This document shows, in pieces, positions 40,739-50,302 of a stretch of DNA of 64,000 nucleotides. This stretch comes from Clostridia bacterium (GTDB taxonomy: Bacteria > Bacillota > Clostridia > Oscillospirales > CAG-272). Position 1 is the first letter of the stretch. The number at the start of each line of letters is the position of its first letter. A program made the translations under genes and the position numbers. The stretch covers positions 374 to 64,373 of the forward strand of contig JAFQEK010000115.1 of assembly GCA_017399025.1 (NCBI GenBank). The letters run 5' to 3'. The notes under the pieces are model-generated. The model was not told the DNA's origin and did not search any database. It saw only the letters and a list, made by a program, of their open reading frames with translations.

Positions 40739-42817
40739 TTATTCTGTGGGTGTTTGTGTTGATTCTACTGTATATTGTCTGTTGTTTGTTTCGATGTAAT
40801 CGGCAATCACATCGCCGGGGAACATACAGTCTTTCAAAATGCAGTCGAAATCACCTAATGTCGTTTTTTCCGTGGAAAGAATCAGACACAGGTTATCTGT
40901 AGATGTTTTTGTTTGGAATGTACATCCATCAAACTCTGCATTCGCGTAAACCGTAACACCGCCGATAAATATACAGTTATCAAAGACGACGGTTTCCGCA
41001 TACGCGTAGGTATACGATCTGTCATCCGTAACCTTGACGACTTTTGATGTTGTATAAGACTTTTTGTTCTGAATAATAAGATTTTCAAAGAAAAACTTCG
41101 AACCGGGTTTGAAAGATGTCTTATAATCGCCTATATTTCCGAAATTGAAGCCCGATGCAGACTTTGTCTGACCTTTACCGAAGCTTTCACTCGTAACAAC
41201 ACTGTTCAAAACGAGCGTTGCCGTTGCGTTTTCACCGCCATAGGCTTTCACGGTAATCTCGTTACCGGTAAAACGCATTTCCTCTTTCAGTGCGACCGTT
41301 CCGTAAAGCAGCCATTCCTGCTTATCACTCGTCAGACATTGCACTGTATTCGGATGCATTCTGCCGTAAACCACCGCAGAGTGAAGCTCTGCATTGGTTT
41401 TGGTATCAACAAAAGTTAAGCTACCGCTATCGGAAGGAACGAACCGTCCGTAAAGTGTCTTATAAGGGTCATCATTACTATGGGGATCTGCTACGCCTTC
41501 CTGTGTCAAAGTATTTTTCAATATCTCAGACACCATGGGGTTTACGATCGATACGCATCCTTGGTTGGCTGTTCCGACAAACTCGCCCACACGCCAGGAA
41601 GCGCCCTCTTCAACACAAGCAATCGTTGTATTTTCCACAAAGCAATCAACAATGTATGTATTATTGCTTTGAGAAGCACTCGCATGACCAACGATACCGC
41701 CGGCAGAAGCACCTGTCAGCGTACAGCCGCGAACCGAACAATCTTCGATCCGAAAATCGGAAGTCTTCGTATAACCGACAATGCCGCCGGTTCTGGAATA
41801 TTCATTTGCAGCATTCGGAGCACTGCTGATTGTACTGTTCAGCAAATGACAGTTTCTGATGAGAACAGAACCTGATTTGAAATCTGCATTTGAAATAAAT
41901 GCGCCTGCATTTTCATAGTCGCTTGTGTCCAATGTCATTTCTGCTCCAATAATTGTGATATCTTCCAGCACGATTCTTGCCGCAGAAGCTTCAGATTTTA
42001 CGTTTCCGAACAAAGGTACTTTCAATCCCTTGATGAAGGCTGTCGATGTGCCCAAGGTTTCGGTATCTGCTTTGATTGTGATTGTTTGCATGACCTTATT
42101 GGGATCGTTGATGGTTACACCTGTAAAATCATAATCCGACAAATCAAAATGTCCTTGCAAAATAATCGTGATATCTTTGGAAAGGTCTGCCGATTCATTC
42201 AGCATGGACATGACGGCAATGAATTCCTCCGCGGTATTGATCAGATACGCGCCGTTTGCATCCGTTTGAATCTCGGAAAGCTCCGGAATGATCGCATCAG
42301 CCGCAGGTGTTTTATATCCGATCAAATGATCGGGAGATTTCACACCGCCGTTATTGCCGTTTTCCGTTTGATCATATTTCGATTTTGTCAGCTGATCGGC
42401 ATTTTGGTATTGTGCCCGTGTCAAACAGGATTCTCCGTTGAAGGTACAATCCTCATTCATGGCAAGAATACCGCCGTCTTCGCTGTAAAACATATTTTGT
42501 TTATCTGTAGTAACCGCCGTTTCTCCATTCAGAACGATTGCGGGATATTCCGTGCTGTTCATAAATTGGGAATTTTGAACGGTCAAAGCGTTGGTTCCGT
42601 TGGAAACCACGCAGGACTCTGCATCCTCTTTTGCCGTGAACGTACAGTTTTTGATCGTACAGTCATAGCCTTTATTGTCAAGAATCAAACAGAGATCGTT
42701 TGCCCTGAACGTTTCAAAGGTACAAGCGTCGAATACTGCGTTTCCGTATACAACCACACCGTCTTCAAACGTACAACTTGTATAAGATACGTCTTGTGCA
42801 AAAGCGTAGGTGTACAC
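40739..42817 (-). CDS. C-terminal part (third module) of a frameshifted giant GLUG / parallel beta-helix surface protein
   Basis: No signal peptide of its own. About 55-60% identical by eye to the second half of ORF 42765..45875. The reading frame stays open upstream to ~42838. Confidence 0.7.
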   Translation of the reverse strand: MYTYAFAQDVSYTSCTFEDGVVVYGNAVFDACTFETFRANDLCLILDNKGYDCTIKNCTFTAKEDAESCVVSNGTNALTVQNSQFMNSTEYPAIVLNGETAVTTDKQNMFYSEDGGILAMNEDCTFNGESCLTRAQYQNADQLTKSKYDQTENGNNGGVKSPDHLIGYKTPAADAIIPELSEIQTDANGAYLINTAEEFIAVMSMLNESADLSKDITIILQGHFDLSDYDFTGVTINDPNKVMQTITIKADTETLGTSTAFIKGLKVPLFGNVKSEASAARIVLEDITIIGAEMTLDTSDYENAGAFISNADFKSGSVLIRNCHLLNSTISSAPNAANEYSRTGGIVGYTKTSDFRIEDCSVRGCTLTGASAGGIVGHASASQSNNTYIVDCFVENTTIACVEEGASWRVGEFVGTANQGCVSIVNPMVSEILKNTLTQEGVADPHSNDDPYKTLYGRFVPSDSGSLTFVDTKTNAELHSAVVYGRMHPNTVQCLTSDKQEWLLYGTVALKEEMRFTGNEITVKAYGGENATATLVLNSVVTSESFGKGQTKSASGFNFGNIGDYKTSFKPGSKFFFENLIIQNKKSYTTSKVVKVTDDRSYTYAYAETVVFDNCIFIGGVTVYANAEFDGCTFQTKTSTDNLCLILSTEKTTLGDFDCILKDCMFPGDVIADYIETNNRQYTVESTQTPTE

Positions 42818-45800
42818 TCTGTCTGTCGTAGTATTTTATTGTACAAGATTTTTTGTTTTGAATCTTCAGATTTTCAAAATAAATCTTCGAATTCGGTTTG
42901 AAAGAAGTTTTCTTCGTATAAGCTCCGAAATTGAAGCCCGAAGGTGTTTTTGCCTGCCCCATACCAAAGCCATTGGTTTTAACCGTACTGTTCAGCAAAA
43001 TCGTTGCCGTTTTACCTTCAGCGTACGACTTCACGGTAATATCATTTCCCGTGAAACGCATTTCCTCGCTCACGCGCGCCGAATCATAAATCAGCCATAC
43101 TTGGCTTTCACTTGTCAGGAATTGCGCTGCATTCGGATCAAAACCGCCGTAAACCACGGCTGTATGCAATTCGGGATTGGTTTTGTTATCAACAAAAATC
43201 AGTTTACCTCTGTTGGCTGCCGAGAAACGACCGTAGAGGAAATAATTGGGGTCGCCGTTATTGCTGCTTCCTTGCGCTTTTGACACGCCATCGGTTGCAG
43301 TTTCTTGAATCAAATGATTTTCCAAAACCATAGGATTCACGATTGTGATGCCGCCTTGGTTGGCGGTACCGACAAATTCACCCACACGCCATGTGGCATC
43401 TTCCAGACAAGTCAAAGTATTTCCTTCCGCAAAGCAATCCACAATATGGGTTTCATTGCTTTGAGAAGCACTCGCATGCCCGACAATACTACCAACGGAG
43501 GCGCCTTCAAAGGTACATTCTCGAACCGAACAATCCGAAATCCGAACTTCGGAAGCATTGGTATATCCAATGATACCGCCAATTCTGGAATATTCGTCAC
43601 TTTCATTTTTTTCGCTTATAATACTGCTGTTCATCAAATGACAATTGGTAAGTTCCGCCGCAATTTTACAGTCCGAAACAAAGGCACCGCTGTTGGGATA
43701 ATCCGCAGTTGACAATTTCATATCGGAATGTATCACTGTGATATCTTCAAAAACAATTTTTGTTTGTGTCGATTTGGATTGCAAAACACCAAACCAAGGA
43801 GCGTTAAAGCCTTGAATGAAAGCTGTGGAAGTTCCCAATGCTTCGGTATCCGCTTCAATCGTAATCGTTTGCAATTTTTTGTTAACGTCATTGATAGAAA
43901 CGCTGTTCCAATCGTAACCACTAAGGTTGATATGGGTTTTCAGAATAATCCGATAATTGCCTTCGAGTGTGCTTGCGCCACTCTCATCCTTTTGATTCAG
44001 CATATTCATAACGGCGATAAATTCTTCTGCCGTATAAATCAGATATGCGCCGGTTTCATCTTTTTGAATGTTGGAAACATCGCCTGGAATTTCTTCCTGC
44101 ATAACACCGTCATAGATAATATCCGCATCGAAATCCTTGCTTGCGTTGTTTCCGTGTTCTGTACGATCCAACTGCGCTTTTGCCAAAACATCGGCATTTT
44201 GATATTGTTCCTTGGTCGGACAATAAAATTCGCTGTCGTTAAACGTACATGAATTTTCATTTTCTGCCAGGATACCGCCGGCTTTACTTGTAAAAAGATT
44301 GTTACCGTCGGTGATAATATTCATTTCATCGTTCACATAAACCGCAGGATTTGCAGATTGGTTGGTGAACTCGGAATTATACACCGCAAGAATCTGTTTT
44401 TTGCCGTCAATCAGCACACATCCTGCCGTACCTTCATTCGCCGTAATCTCACAGCTATCCGAAATCACACAAATGGCATTGGAATCGATTACGGTGTTCG
44501 GTGTAAAGAACCACAGACAATACTTTTCGGGATTTGTTTCGGTAATTTTGCAATCCGAAAAATACGCTGTATGAGGAACCGCAACACCGCCCTCAAATAC
44601 GCAGTTGTTATACACCGTGTTTCTTGCGTTTACGTATATATAATACGCGGCAGAAGAAAATTCAAAATCCTCTGCATTTTTTGTATTTTTTAATGTAATG
44701 TCCGTAAATTTCACGGACGAACTGTCTTGAAATTTAGTTGTGATAGAATTTTCTCCAAGTAAGCCGAAGTTAAAACCGGAAGTTCCCGACAATTCAATCA
44801 CAGCATTATTTTTTCCTACTATATCTACATGATTTCCTTGGAAGCGGATTTCATCCGTCAATTGTAACGTGCCGTAAACCGTCCAAAGCTGATTAAAAGT
44901 ATCTGAATTGAAACAATCCGCCGCAACCTGTGCGAAACCGCAGTAGGCTTCTACCGTTGCAAGCTCGGTATTCACAAGATTGAGAATACCATGGTTGCCG
45001 TCAGCTGTAAAACTGCCGTATGGCGTATTTACGGATACGGCTTCGCCATTTTGGAGCAATCTGTTGCCTTCGCACACGGGATCTGCGATCGCTGTCGTAC
45101 CTCCCTCTATGGTTCCGATGATTTCTCCGACGGACGAGCCTGCAATTGTTGAACCGCTGACGGTACAACCTTTAACCAGCACCTCGGCATTGGTATTTGC
45201 GGTTCCGATCATACCGCCAACCTTACCGCCTGAAACCGAGCTGTCAAGCAACCGGCAATTTCGGATCAAAACGGGCATGGTTGCATCGGAAACGAAAGCA
45301 CCGACAGCCTCGGTATTTTCGCCTTTGATCTCAGCTTCCATAAGCGTGATATCGCACAACTCAATGCTTGCCGTCGAAGCTCCTCCGCTGAAAAGTGCGT
45401 CGGTCAAGCCCTTGATGAAAACAGTTGGAGTTTTTAACCTCTCGGTATCTGCATAAATCTTGATTTTCTCAATTTTTGAGGAAGATTCAACATCAACGCT
45501 CTCCAACCCTTTATCCTCAGCCGATGCTCTCCAGATAGAAGTCGGTTCCAATGAGATATGGGTTTGCAAACATATCTCAATATTTCCTGTAATATCTCCT
45601 CGGTCAATCGCGCGCATAACAGCAACGAATTCTTCCGCAGACTTGACGGTATATTTACCGGCATCATCCGCCTTGAGAGGGATATTGTTCAGCGTTTCTT
45701 CCGATACCGTAACGGTATCATAAAAAACCTTGGGAATATCCACAGCGATATTGGAACCGGATACGCTCGGTGCTTTGGAAATAACCATCCACGCATATGC

Positions 45801-45875
45801 CGATATAATCACCATCAATCCGGAAATCAATAAAATGTAGAAGGATGAAATCAATCTCCATAAGGAATGCTTCAT
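42765..45875 (-). CDS. N-terminal part of a frameshifted giant GLUG / parallel beta-helix surface protein with SipW-type signal peptide
   Basis: N-terminus LISGLMVIISAYAWMVISKAPSVSG. Two modules each carry AEEF(V/I)AVM, T(A/V)FIKG, and GLUG-like (V/I/T)GG(M/I)IG motifs in NC/C-x-V repeat strands. ATG overlaps the stop of the upstream gene (ATGA). Confidence 0.8.
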   Translation of the reverse strand: MKHSLWRLISSFYILLISGLMVIISAYAWMVISKAPSVSGSNIAVDIPKVFYDTVTVSEETLNNIPLKADDAGKYTVKSAEEFVAVMRAIDRGDITGNIEICLQTHISLEPTSIWRASAEDKGLESVDVESSSKIEKIKIYADTERLKTPTVFIKGLTDALFSGGASTASIELCDITLMEAEIKGENTEAVGAFVSDATMPVLIRNCRLLDSSVSGGKVGGMIGTANTNAEVLVKGCTVSGSTIAGSSVGEIIGTIEGGTTAIADPVCEGNRLLQNGEAVSVNTPYGSFTADGNHGILNLVNTELATVEAYCGFAQVAADCFNSDTFNQLWTVYGTLQLTDEIRFQGNHVDIVGKNNAVIELSGTSGFNFGLLGENSITTKFQDSSSVKFTDITLKNTKNAEDFEFSSAAYYIYVNARNTVYNNCVFEGGVAVPHTAYFSDCKITETNPEKYCLWFFTPNTVIDSNAICVISDSCEITANEGTAGCVLIDGKKQILAVYNSEFTNQSANPAVYVNDEMNIITDGNNLFTSKAGGILAENENSCTFNDSEFYCPTKEQYQNADVLAKAQLDRTEHGNNASKDFDADIIYDGVMQEEIPGDVSNIQKDETGAYLIYTAEEFIAVMNMLNQKDESGASTLEGNYRIILKTHINLSGYDWNSVSINDVNKKLQTITIEADTEALGTSTAFIQGFNAPWFGVLQSKSTQTKIVFEDITVIHSDMKLSTADYPNSGAFVSDCKIAAELTNCHLMNSSIISEKNESDEYSRIGGIIGYTNASEVRISDCSVRECTFEGASVGSIVGHASASQSNETHIVDCFAEGNTLTCLEDATWRVGEFVGTANQGGITIVNPMVLENHLIQETATDGVSKAQGSSNNGDPNYFLYGRFSAANRGKLIFVDNKTNPELHTAVVYGGFDPNAAQFLTSESQVWLIYDSARVSEEMRFTGNDITVKSYAEGKTATILLNSTVKTNGFGMGQAKTPSGFNFGAYTKKTSFKPNSKIYFENLKIQNKKSCTIKYYDRQSVHLRFCTRRILYKLYV

Positions 45876-47725
45876 CCGTTACCTCCATTACGTGGTTTTT
45901 TTTGTGCGTTATCGTTTTTCCTTTGCTTGCGGAGTTTGCGTTCTTCTTCCAAACGCGCCTGTTCCTCCGCATATTCTTTTCTTTTATTTTTTTGTTGTTT
46001 GAGCATTGCACCGAAATTGCGGACTTCACCGATATAAGGCTTCATCTGCTCTTCGTCTTTTCTGCGCTCCGCTTCTTCAGCCGCACGCCGTTTTGCTTCT
46101 TCAGCCTCTCTGCGTGCGCGTTCTTCTGCTTCTTTTTGCTGCGCTTTCAGGATTCTTTCCCGTTCGAGATTTGCTTTAATCTCTTCCTGACGGCGGCGGA
46201 TACGCTCCGCTTCATCCCTCTTACGCTGTTCCTGATCTTCCAAAATCTTTGCCGCGTCTTCAAATTCCTGGCGTTTTGCATTCAAGCGGATTTCTTCCGC
46301 TTCTTTGGCTCTGAGAGCAAGTTTCTTTTCAAGCTGATCTGTAAATTCCGCAAGCTCTTTCTTGAAAAGTTTTCCGCGGCGGCGGTCTTCGATTTCTCTT
46401 TCCAACCGTTCCACATCGCGGCGGCGCTGTTCTTCTTCTTCCTCTTTTCGGATACGCTCCGCTTCTTTTTCCTGCTCAATACGCAGCCGTTCCTCTTCCG
46501 CTTCTTTTTCTTGGCGGAGACGTTCTTCTTCTTCTTTTTTGCGCCGTTCCTGTTCTTCCACAATACGTCTGCGTTCTGCCTCTTCTTCTGCCAGAAGCTG
46601 TGCTTTCGTAAGCTCTTCGATCAGAACCTTACGGATTTCAACATCGGGCAAGTCGTAATCCTCCGTCATTTCTTCAATGACTTCCGTGATGAATTTCGGC
46701 TTCATCGTACGCTTTTTATCCTTGGCGGGCGTGGGCAGTACGCGGTCGCTTTCGTCCTCCAGATAATTTTTGAGAATGATGTAATTGAAAAGGACATTGT
46801 GGAAAATATCTCTTTGAAATGCTTCATTGATCAGCGGACTTTGTTCCGTGATCTTAATGGCGTAGCCAACATCGTGGTAGCTGTGCAAAAATTCGTAAAG
46901 CTTAACGATTGCCTTGTAATCGGGGTTTTTTTTCAGTACGTTGGTTTTGACGATCGCGCCTTTGATACGGCTTGCTTTGGCAAGTCCCATGGCAAAGGGG
47001 GTTGACATAAAGCCCGTTAACAAACGGTCCAGACGGGCAATGCGTTCCAGCATATTTCTGTGCTTTTCATCGGTAGCAAGGATATCGTCCCGTTCACGGA
47101 TATGCAAAAACATATCCATGTGAAGCTGTTCTCTTGCGCTGAGCATATCGGAGGAAACTTTCAGTTTGGCACCGTATTCATCGTTCAGCGTATTCATCAG
47201 TGCTTCATATCTGATTTTAACAAAGTGGTAAGCGTCCTCCAGGACAGTAATTGCCAGACGGTTTTCATAGATTACGGTAGAGTCATCGCGCAGCTTTTGC
47301 ATAAGCTTACTGGGACTGACCTCGCCCGTTGCCGCATCGAAATCATCAATCATCGTCGAGCCGTGCTGCGCCAGATGGCGGACAACGGAAGAGTCGCTTT
47401 TTTTTGCAAGCCCTACGTTCATGATGAGTTCTTCTTCCTGAATGACGTTTCTCGGACGGCTGATGACGTTCTGAATAGCCGGAAGCGCTTCTTCAATGGC
47501 TTCCACCCAGGATTCATCAATCAGCTTTTCCATTTTTCTGTTGGAAAATTGGATCCGGTTATCGGCGCCGGCAATTGCATCCATGAAATATTCGTAAAAG
47601 TCGGTGCTGCCCAAGGCGCGGATGATGCTTTTCGTATATCTGACGTAAACGGAATCGATCAGCGATAATTCCTTTGCCTTCCCTTCCGCTTCTTCCGCGG
47701 ATATTATTTGTTTTGATTCAGCCAT
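45872..47725 (-). CDS. hypothetical protein: ~390-aa globular N-domain (possible McrC/DUF2357-like partner) plus ~210-aa E/R/K-rich helix
   Basis: Sits adjacent to the McrB-like ATPase. STVIYENRLAITVLEDAYHF resembles the (T/P)ENR motif of McrC/DUF2357. The tail (EEEAERRRIVEEQERRKKEEEERLRQEKEAEEERLR...) runs to the C-terminus. Confidence 0.6.
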   Translation of the reverse strand: MAESKQIISAEEAEGKAKELSLIDSVYVRYTKSIIRALGSTDFYEYFMDAIAGADNRIQFSNRKMEKLIDESWVEAIEEALPAIQNVISRPRNVIQEEELIMNVGLAKKSDSSVVRHLAQHGSTMIDDFDAATGEVSPSKLMQKLRDDSTVIYENRLAITVLEDAYHFVKIRYEALMNTLNDEYGAKLKVSSDMLSAREQLHMDMFLHIRERDDILATDEKHRNMLERIARLDRLLTGFMSTPFAMGLAKASRIKGAIVKTNVLKKNPDYKAIVKLYEFLHSYHDVGYAIKITEQSPLINEAFQRDIFHNVLFNYIILKNYLEDESDRVLPTPAKDKKRTMKPKFITEVIEEMTEDYDLPDVEIRKVLIEELTKAQLLAEEEAERRRIVEEQERRKKEEEERLRQEKEAEEERLRIEQEKEAERIRKEEEEEQRRRDVERLEREIEDRRRGKLFKKELAEFTDQLEKKLALRAKEAEEIRLNAKRQEFEDAAKILEDQEQRKRDEAERIRRRQEEIKANLERERILKAQQKEAEERARREAEEAKRRAAEEAERRKDEEQMKPYIGEVRNFGAMLKQQKNKRKEYAEEQARLEEERKLRKQRKNDNAQKKPRNGGNG

Positions 47726-47850
47726 TCCCGGCTCCTTTCCGAATACATCTGCCGACGATTCGTTTTCTTATTTCTTTTGATTCCCTCACAAAGAAAGCTT
47801 TTTTCTCAAAGAGCAAGCCATCTTCATGAGGGAATCTTTCATGACGGAGA

Positions 47851-49413
47851 TCAGTTCATTTTTTTCAGATACTCAACGTAATCTTTACAGATCGCCATCG
47901 TATTTTTACCGAATTGTTTATCCAGGTAAGTTGAAAATCTTGTCAATTCATCTTTCATATAGCCAAGGTTCAAAGATTCGAATTTACGGAGAACCTTTTT
48001 GGCAACCATAAAGTCAATGGCTTCGATTTCCGTTCCGCCGCATCCCATATAGCAAGGAACGTAATCTTTCAGCTGTTTCATAATACGGTTACCGAAAGCC
48101 AATTTAAAGTTATTGATCAGATATTCATTCATTTCTTCCAGCTTCCTCATATTTTCATCGGAAACTGTATATTGCGCTTTCGCTTGATCAAAAAGCTCGT
48201 TCAAGCGATCAGCCGTGATATAAATCGGTTCTGCCGTACCCTCATCAAAAACAGCTGCTCTGGAATCCAAGTCGATCGGAATCGCACGGTCGTAAACCTT
48301 ATCCGCAACGGCGAACGTCGAGTCGTCGTTGTTGATCGTGCCGACAAACCAAGTGGTGTTGGGGATCTGAAGCTTGCCCTCTTTAATGTGAACGGGGTCG
48401 TTATCCCACATCGCGGTAACAACGTCGATTTTCCATTCTTCCTGTCTGGGCATTTCCAGAATGGAAAGCATTTCCGCAAAGTAATATTCCACACGTGCAA
48501 TATTCATTTCATCGAGAATGACAATATGGGGGTCTCTCTTGAAATTTGCTTCATAAATCGCTTTCAGAAAGTCTGTTTCGGTATATTTCTTTGTAAATTC
48601 ATTGAAATAACCGTAAAGCTCGGTACGTTCACGCCATGCAGGCTGTACGGAAACGACGGTGGAGTCGTTTTGAACAAATTTACCGAAAGCGTAAGGCAGA
48701 GAGGTTTTACCCGTACCGGAAATACCCTGCAAAATAACGATTCTTGCCGCACCGAGCGCTGCAATGAAATGGCGCAACAAACGAATATCATAATAAAGGT
48801 GAAGCTGGCTTGCCGCATACAAACGGAAGCGCGCACAAAATTCGGGGAGAGTAATCTCTGTTTCGTATGTGGGAACAACATAATCGGGGCTCTTAAACTG
48901 ATTATCAACCGTGGTCAAACGGAAGAATCGGCTTTCCAAAGGATCCACGGGAGGTTTATCCATGGTATTCCGATTGGAATCGTGGTCAATTTCTTCGCCG
49001 TCCTTATCGTCCAAAAATTCCTTGGAAGCATCTCCGCCGAGCATTTCCATTCGCATGGAAAGCAAACGATCCTTTTCGTAATTGGCGCGTAGCAGATCCT
49101 TTTGCATTTGCTGAACCTGTTTTTTCAGTTCATCGTACTTCTGGACGGGAACACGGAAACGGAAAAGACGTTTCAAAAGCTTGACGAGGAAAACGATGGC
49201 AATGATAATCAACGCAATCAAAGCCAGATTCGCAATCAGAAGCATAATCCATTCCAGTGTTGTAAACTCGCCTGTGCTTTCCTGAATGATTTCCATTCTT
49301 CCCGGGAAGTTTACAAGTCTGAATAAGAACTGGAAAACCGCGCTGAAAATGTTGATGAAATCATGAAACAGCTGTCCGATATCAGCAATAAAATAACGCA
49401 AAAAATTATCCAT
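47851..49413 (-). CDS. membrane-tethered McrB-like (AAA_5) AAA+ ATPase
   Basis: One TM segment (WIMLLIANLALIALIIIAIVFLV) plus a coiled coil. Walker A ILQGISGTGKTS, Walker B HIVILDEMNIARVEYYFAEMLS, and FVGTINNDDSTFAVADKVYDRA match the McrB/AAA_5 pattern. No DNA-binding N-domain recognised. Confidence 0.75.
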   Translation of the reverse strand: MDNFLRYFIADIGQLFHDFINIFSAVFQFLFRLVNFPGRMEIIQESTGEFTTLEWIMLLIANLALIALIIIAIVFLVKLLKRLFRFRVPVQKYDELKKQVQQMQKDLLRANYEKDRLLSMRMEMLGGDASKEFLDDKDGEEIDHDSNRNTMDKPPVDPLESRFFRLTTVDNQFKSPDYVVPTYETEITLPEFCARFRLYAASQLHLYYDIRLLRHFIAALGAARIVILQGISGTGKTSLPYAFGKFVQNDSTVVSVQPAWRERTELYGYFNEFTKKYTETDFLKAIYEANFKRDPHIVILDEMNIARVEYYFAEMLSILEMPRQEEWKIDVVTAMWDNDPVHIKEGKLQIPNTTWFVGTINNDDSTFAVADKVYDRAIPIDLDSRAAVFDEGTAEPIYITADRLNELFDQAKAQYTVSDENMRKLEEMNEYLINNFKLAFGNRIMKQLKDYVPCYMGCGGTEIEAIDFMVAKKVLRKFESLNLGYMKDELTRFSTYLDKQFGKNTMAICKDYVEYLKKMN

Positions 49414-49444
49414 GTAAAATTCCTCGTTTCAGCTTTGCATAAAG

Positions 49445-50302
49445 TTATTTGTTTTTGGAATCTTCGGATTTTTCGCCGTTGTTTTTCACCATATCGGCAA
49501 GAAGCTCCGCACGCAGTTTTTCACGAAGCTCGGCTTCCATTTCCGCGCGTTCTTTTTCCATTGCTGCCCGTCGGATCTCTTCGCGTTCTTTTTCATCGCG
49601 GATCTGAGATTCGATCAGGTCTTCGGTTCTTCCTCTTTCTTGCTCGTATTTGATCAGCATTTTCACGTTCTGATATTCAAAGAGAACGCGGAAGAACTGA
49701 ACGAGATGGAAAATAAAGAAGAGGAGTACGGGCAGAACGATAACGATCATAAAGCCCGTGGGTGTTTGCAGGTAATCCAGAACCTTACCGACACCGGGAA
49801 CACGGAATTTGTACACACCGACAACTTCCGACTCGTGAACGGTCAAAGGGTCTGCCTGTTCGCTCTTTTCACCCATGGTTTCAAAAATCAGATAATCGCC
49901 GCCGTCGTAAATACCCGCAATTTTATGCGTATTCAGCACACGGTTGCCTTCAATGATTGTCCAATAGGTGATGATATCGCCCACACGGAGCTCTCTGTAA
50001 TCCTTCACTGCAACGTCGATGATCAGATCACCGGGTTTCAAGGTCGGATACATGGAGTCTGTCTGAACGGTGAACGGACGGACACCGAGAATGCTCGGCA
50101 CGCCGTTGCCTGACGTGGATACAAAAGAAACGTAAGTACAAACAGCCGCAAGAAGGATCGCGATTACAAGGAGCACGTTGACAACAATGTTAATGATTTT
50201 TTTCACATTGCGCTTTTTCGGCTCTGTGTCCTGTCCCTGATCCTGCTCCGGTACTTCCGGTACATCCGTAACTTCCGTATCGGTGGAAAGTTTTTTCTTC
50301 AT
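49445..50302 (-). CDS. divergent SipW-type signal peptidase I paralogue with C-terminal TM and E/R/K tail
   Basis: TM segment, TDSMYPTLKPGD Ser box, NTHKIAGI His box. TMGEKSEQADP replaces the GDxNxxxD box. A second TM segment follows, then IRDEKEREEIRRAAMEKERAEMEAELREKLRAE. Confidence 0.75.
   Translation of the reverse strand: MKKKLSTDTEVTDVPEVPEQDQGQDTEPKKRNVKKIINIVVNVLLVIAILLAAVCTYVSFVSTSGNGVPSILGVRPFTVQTDSMYPTLKPGDLIIDVAVKDYRELRVGDIITYWTIIEGNRVLNTHKIAGIYDGGDYLIFETMGEKSEQADPLTVHESEVVGVYKFRVPGVGKVLDYLQTPTGFMIVIVLPVLLFFIFHLVQFFRVLFEYQNVKMLIKYEQERGRTEDLIESQIRDEKEREEIRRAAMEKERAEMEAELREKLRAELLADMVKNNGEKSEDSKNK

Noticed and set aside
42765-42838. Treating ORF 40739..42817 as an independent gene starting at GTG 42817
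   Set aside because: It has no signal peptide or RBS. Homology to the paralogous module continues upstream of the GTG in the same frame and joins the upstream ORF after a 1-nt correction.
45845-47005. 386-aa plus-strand ORF rich in F/L/S
   Set aside because: It is a mirror image of the GAA/AAG-rich E/R/K helix coding region and has no start context.
45872-49413. Classical McrBC restriction system / inserted defence island
   Set aside because: Not fully excluded, but disfavoured. The ATPase has a TM helix instead of a DNA-binding domain. No nuclease motif was seen in the partner. The pair is translationally coupled to the flanking fibre genes, and no mobility genes or repeats flank it.
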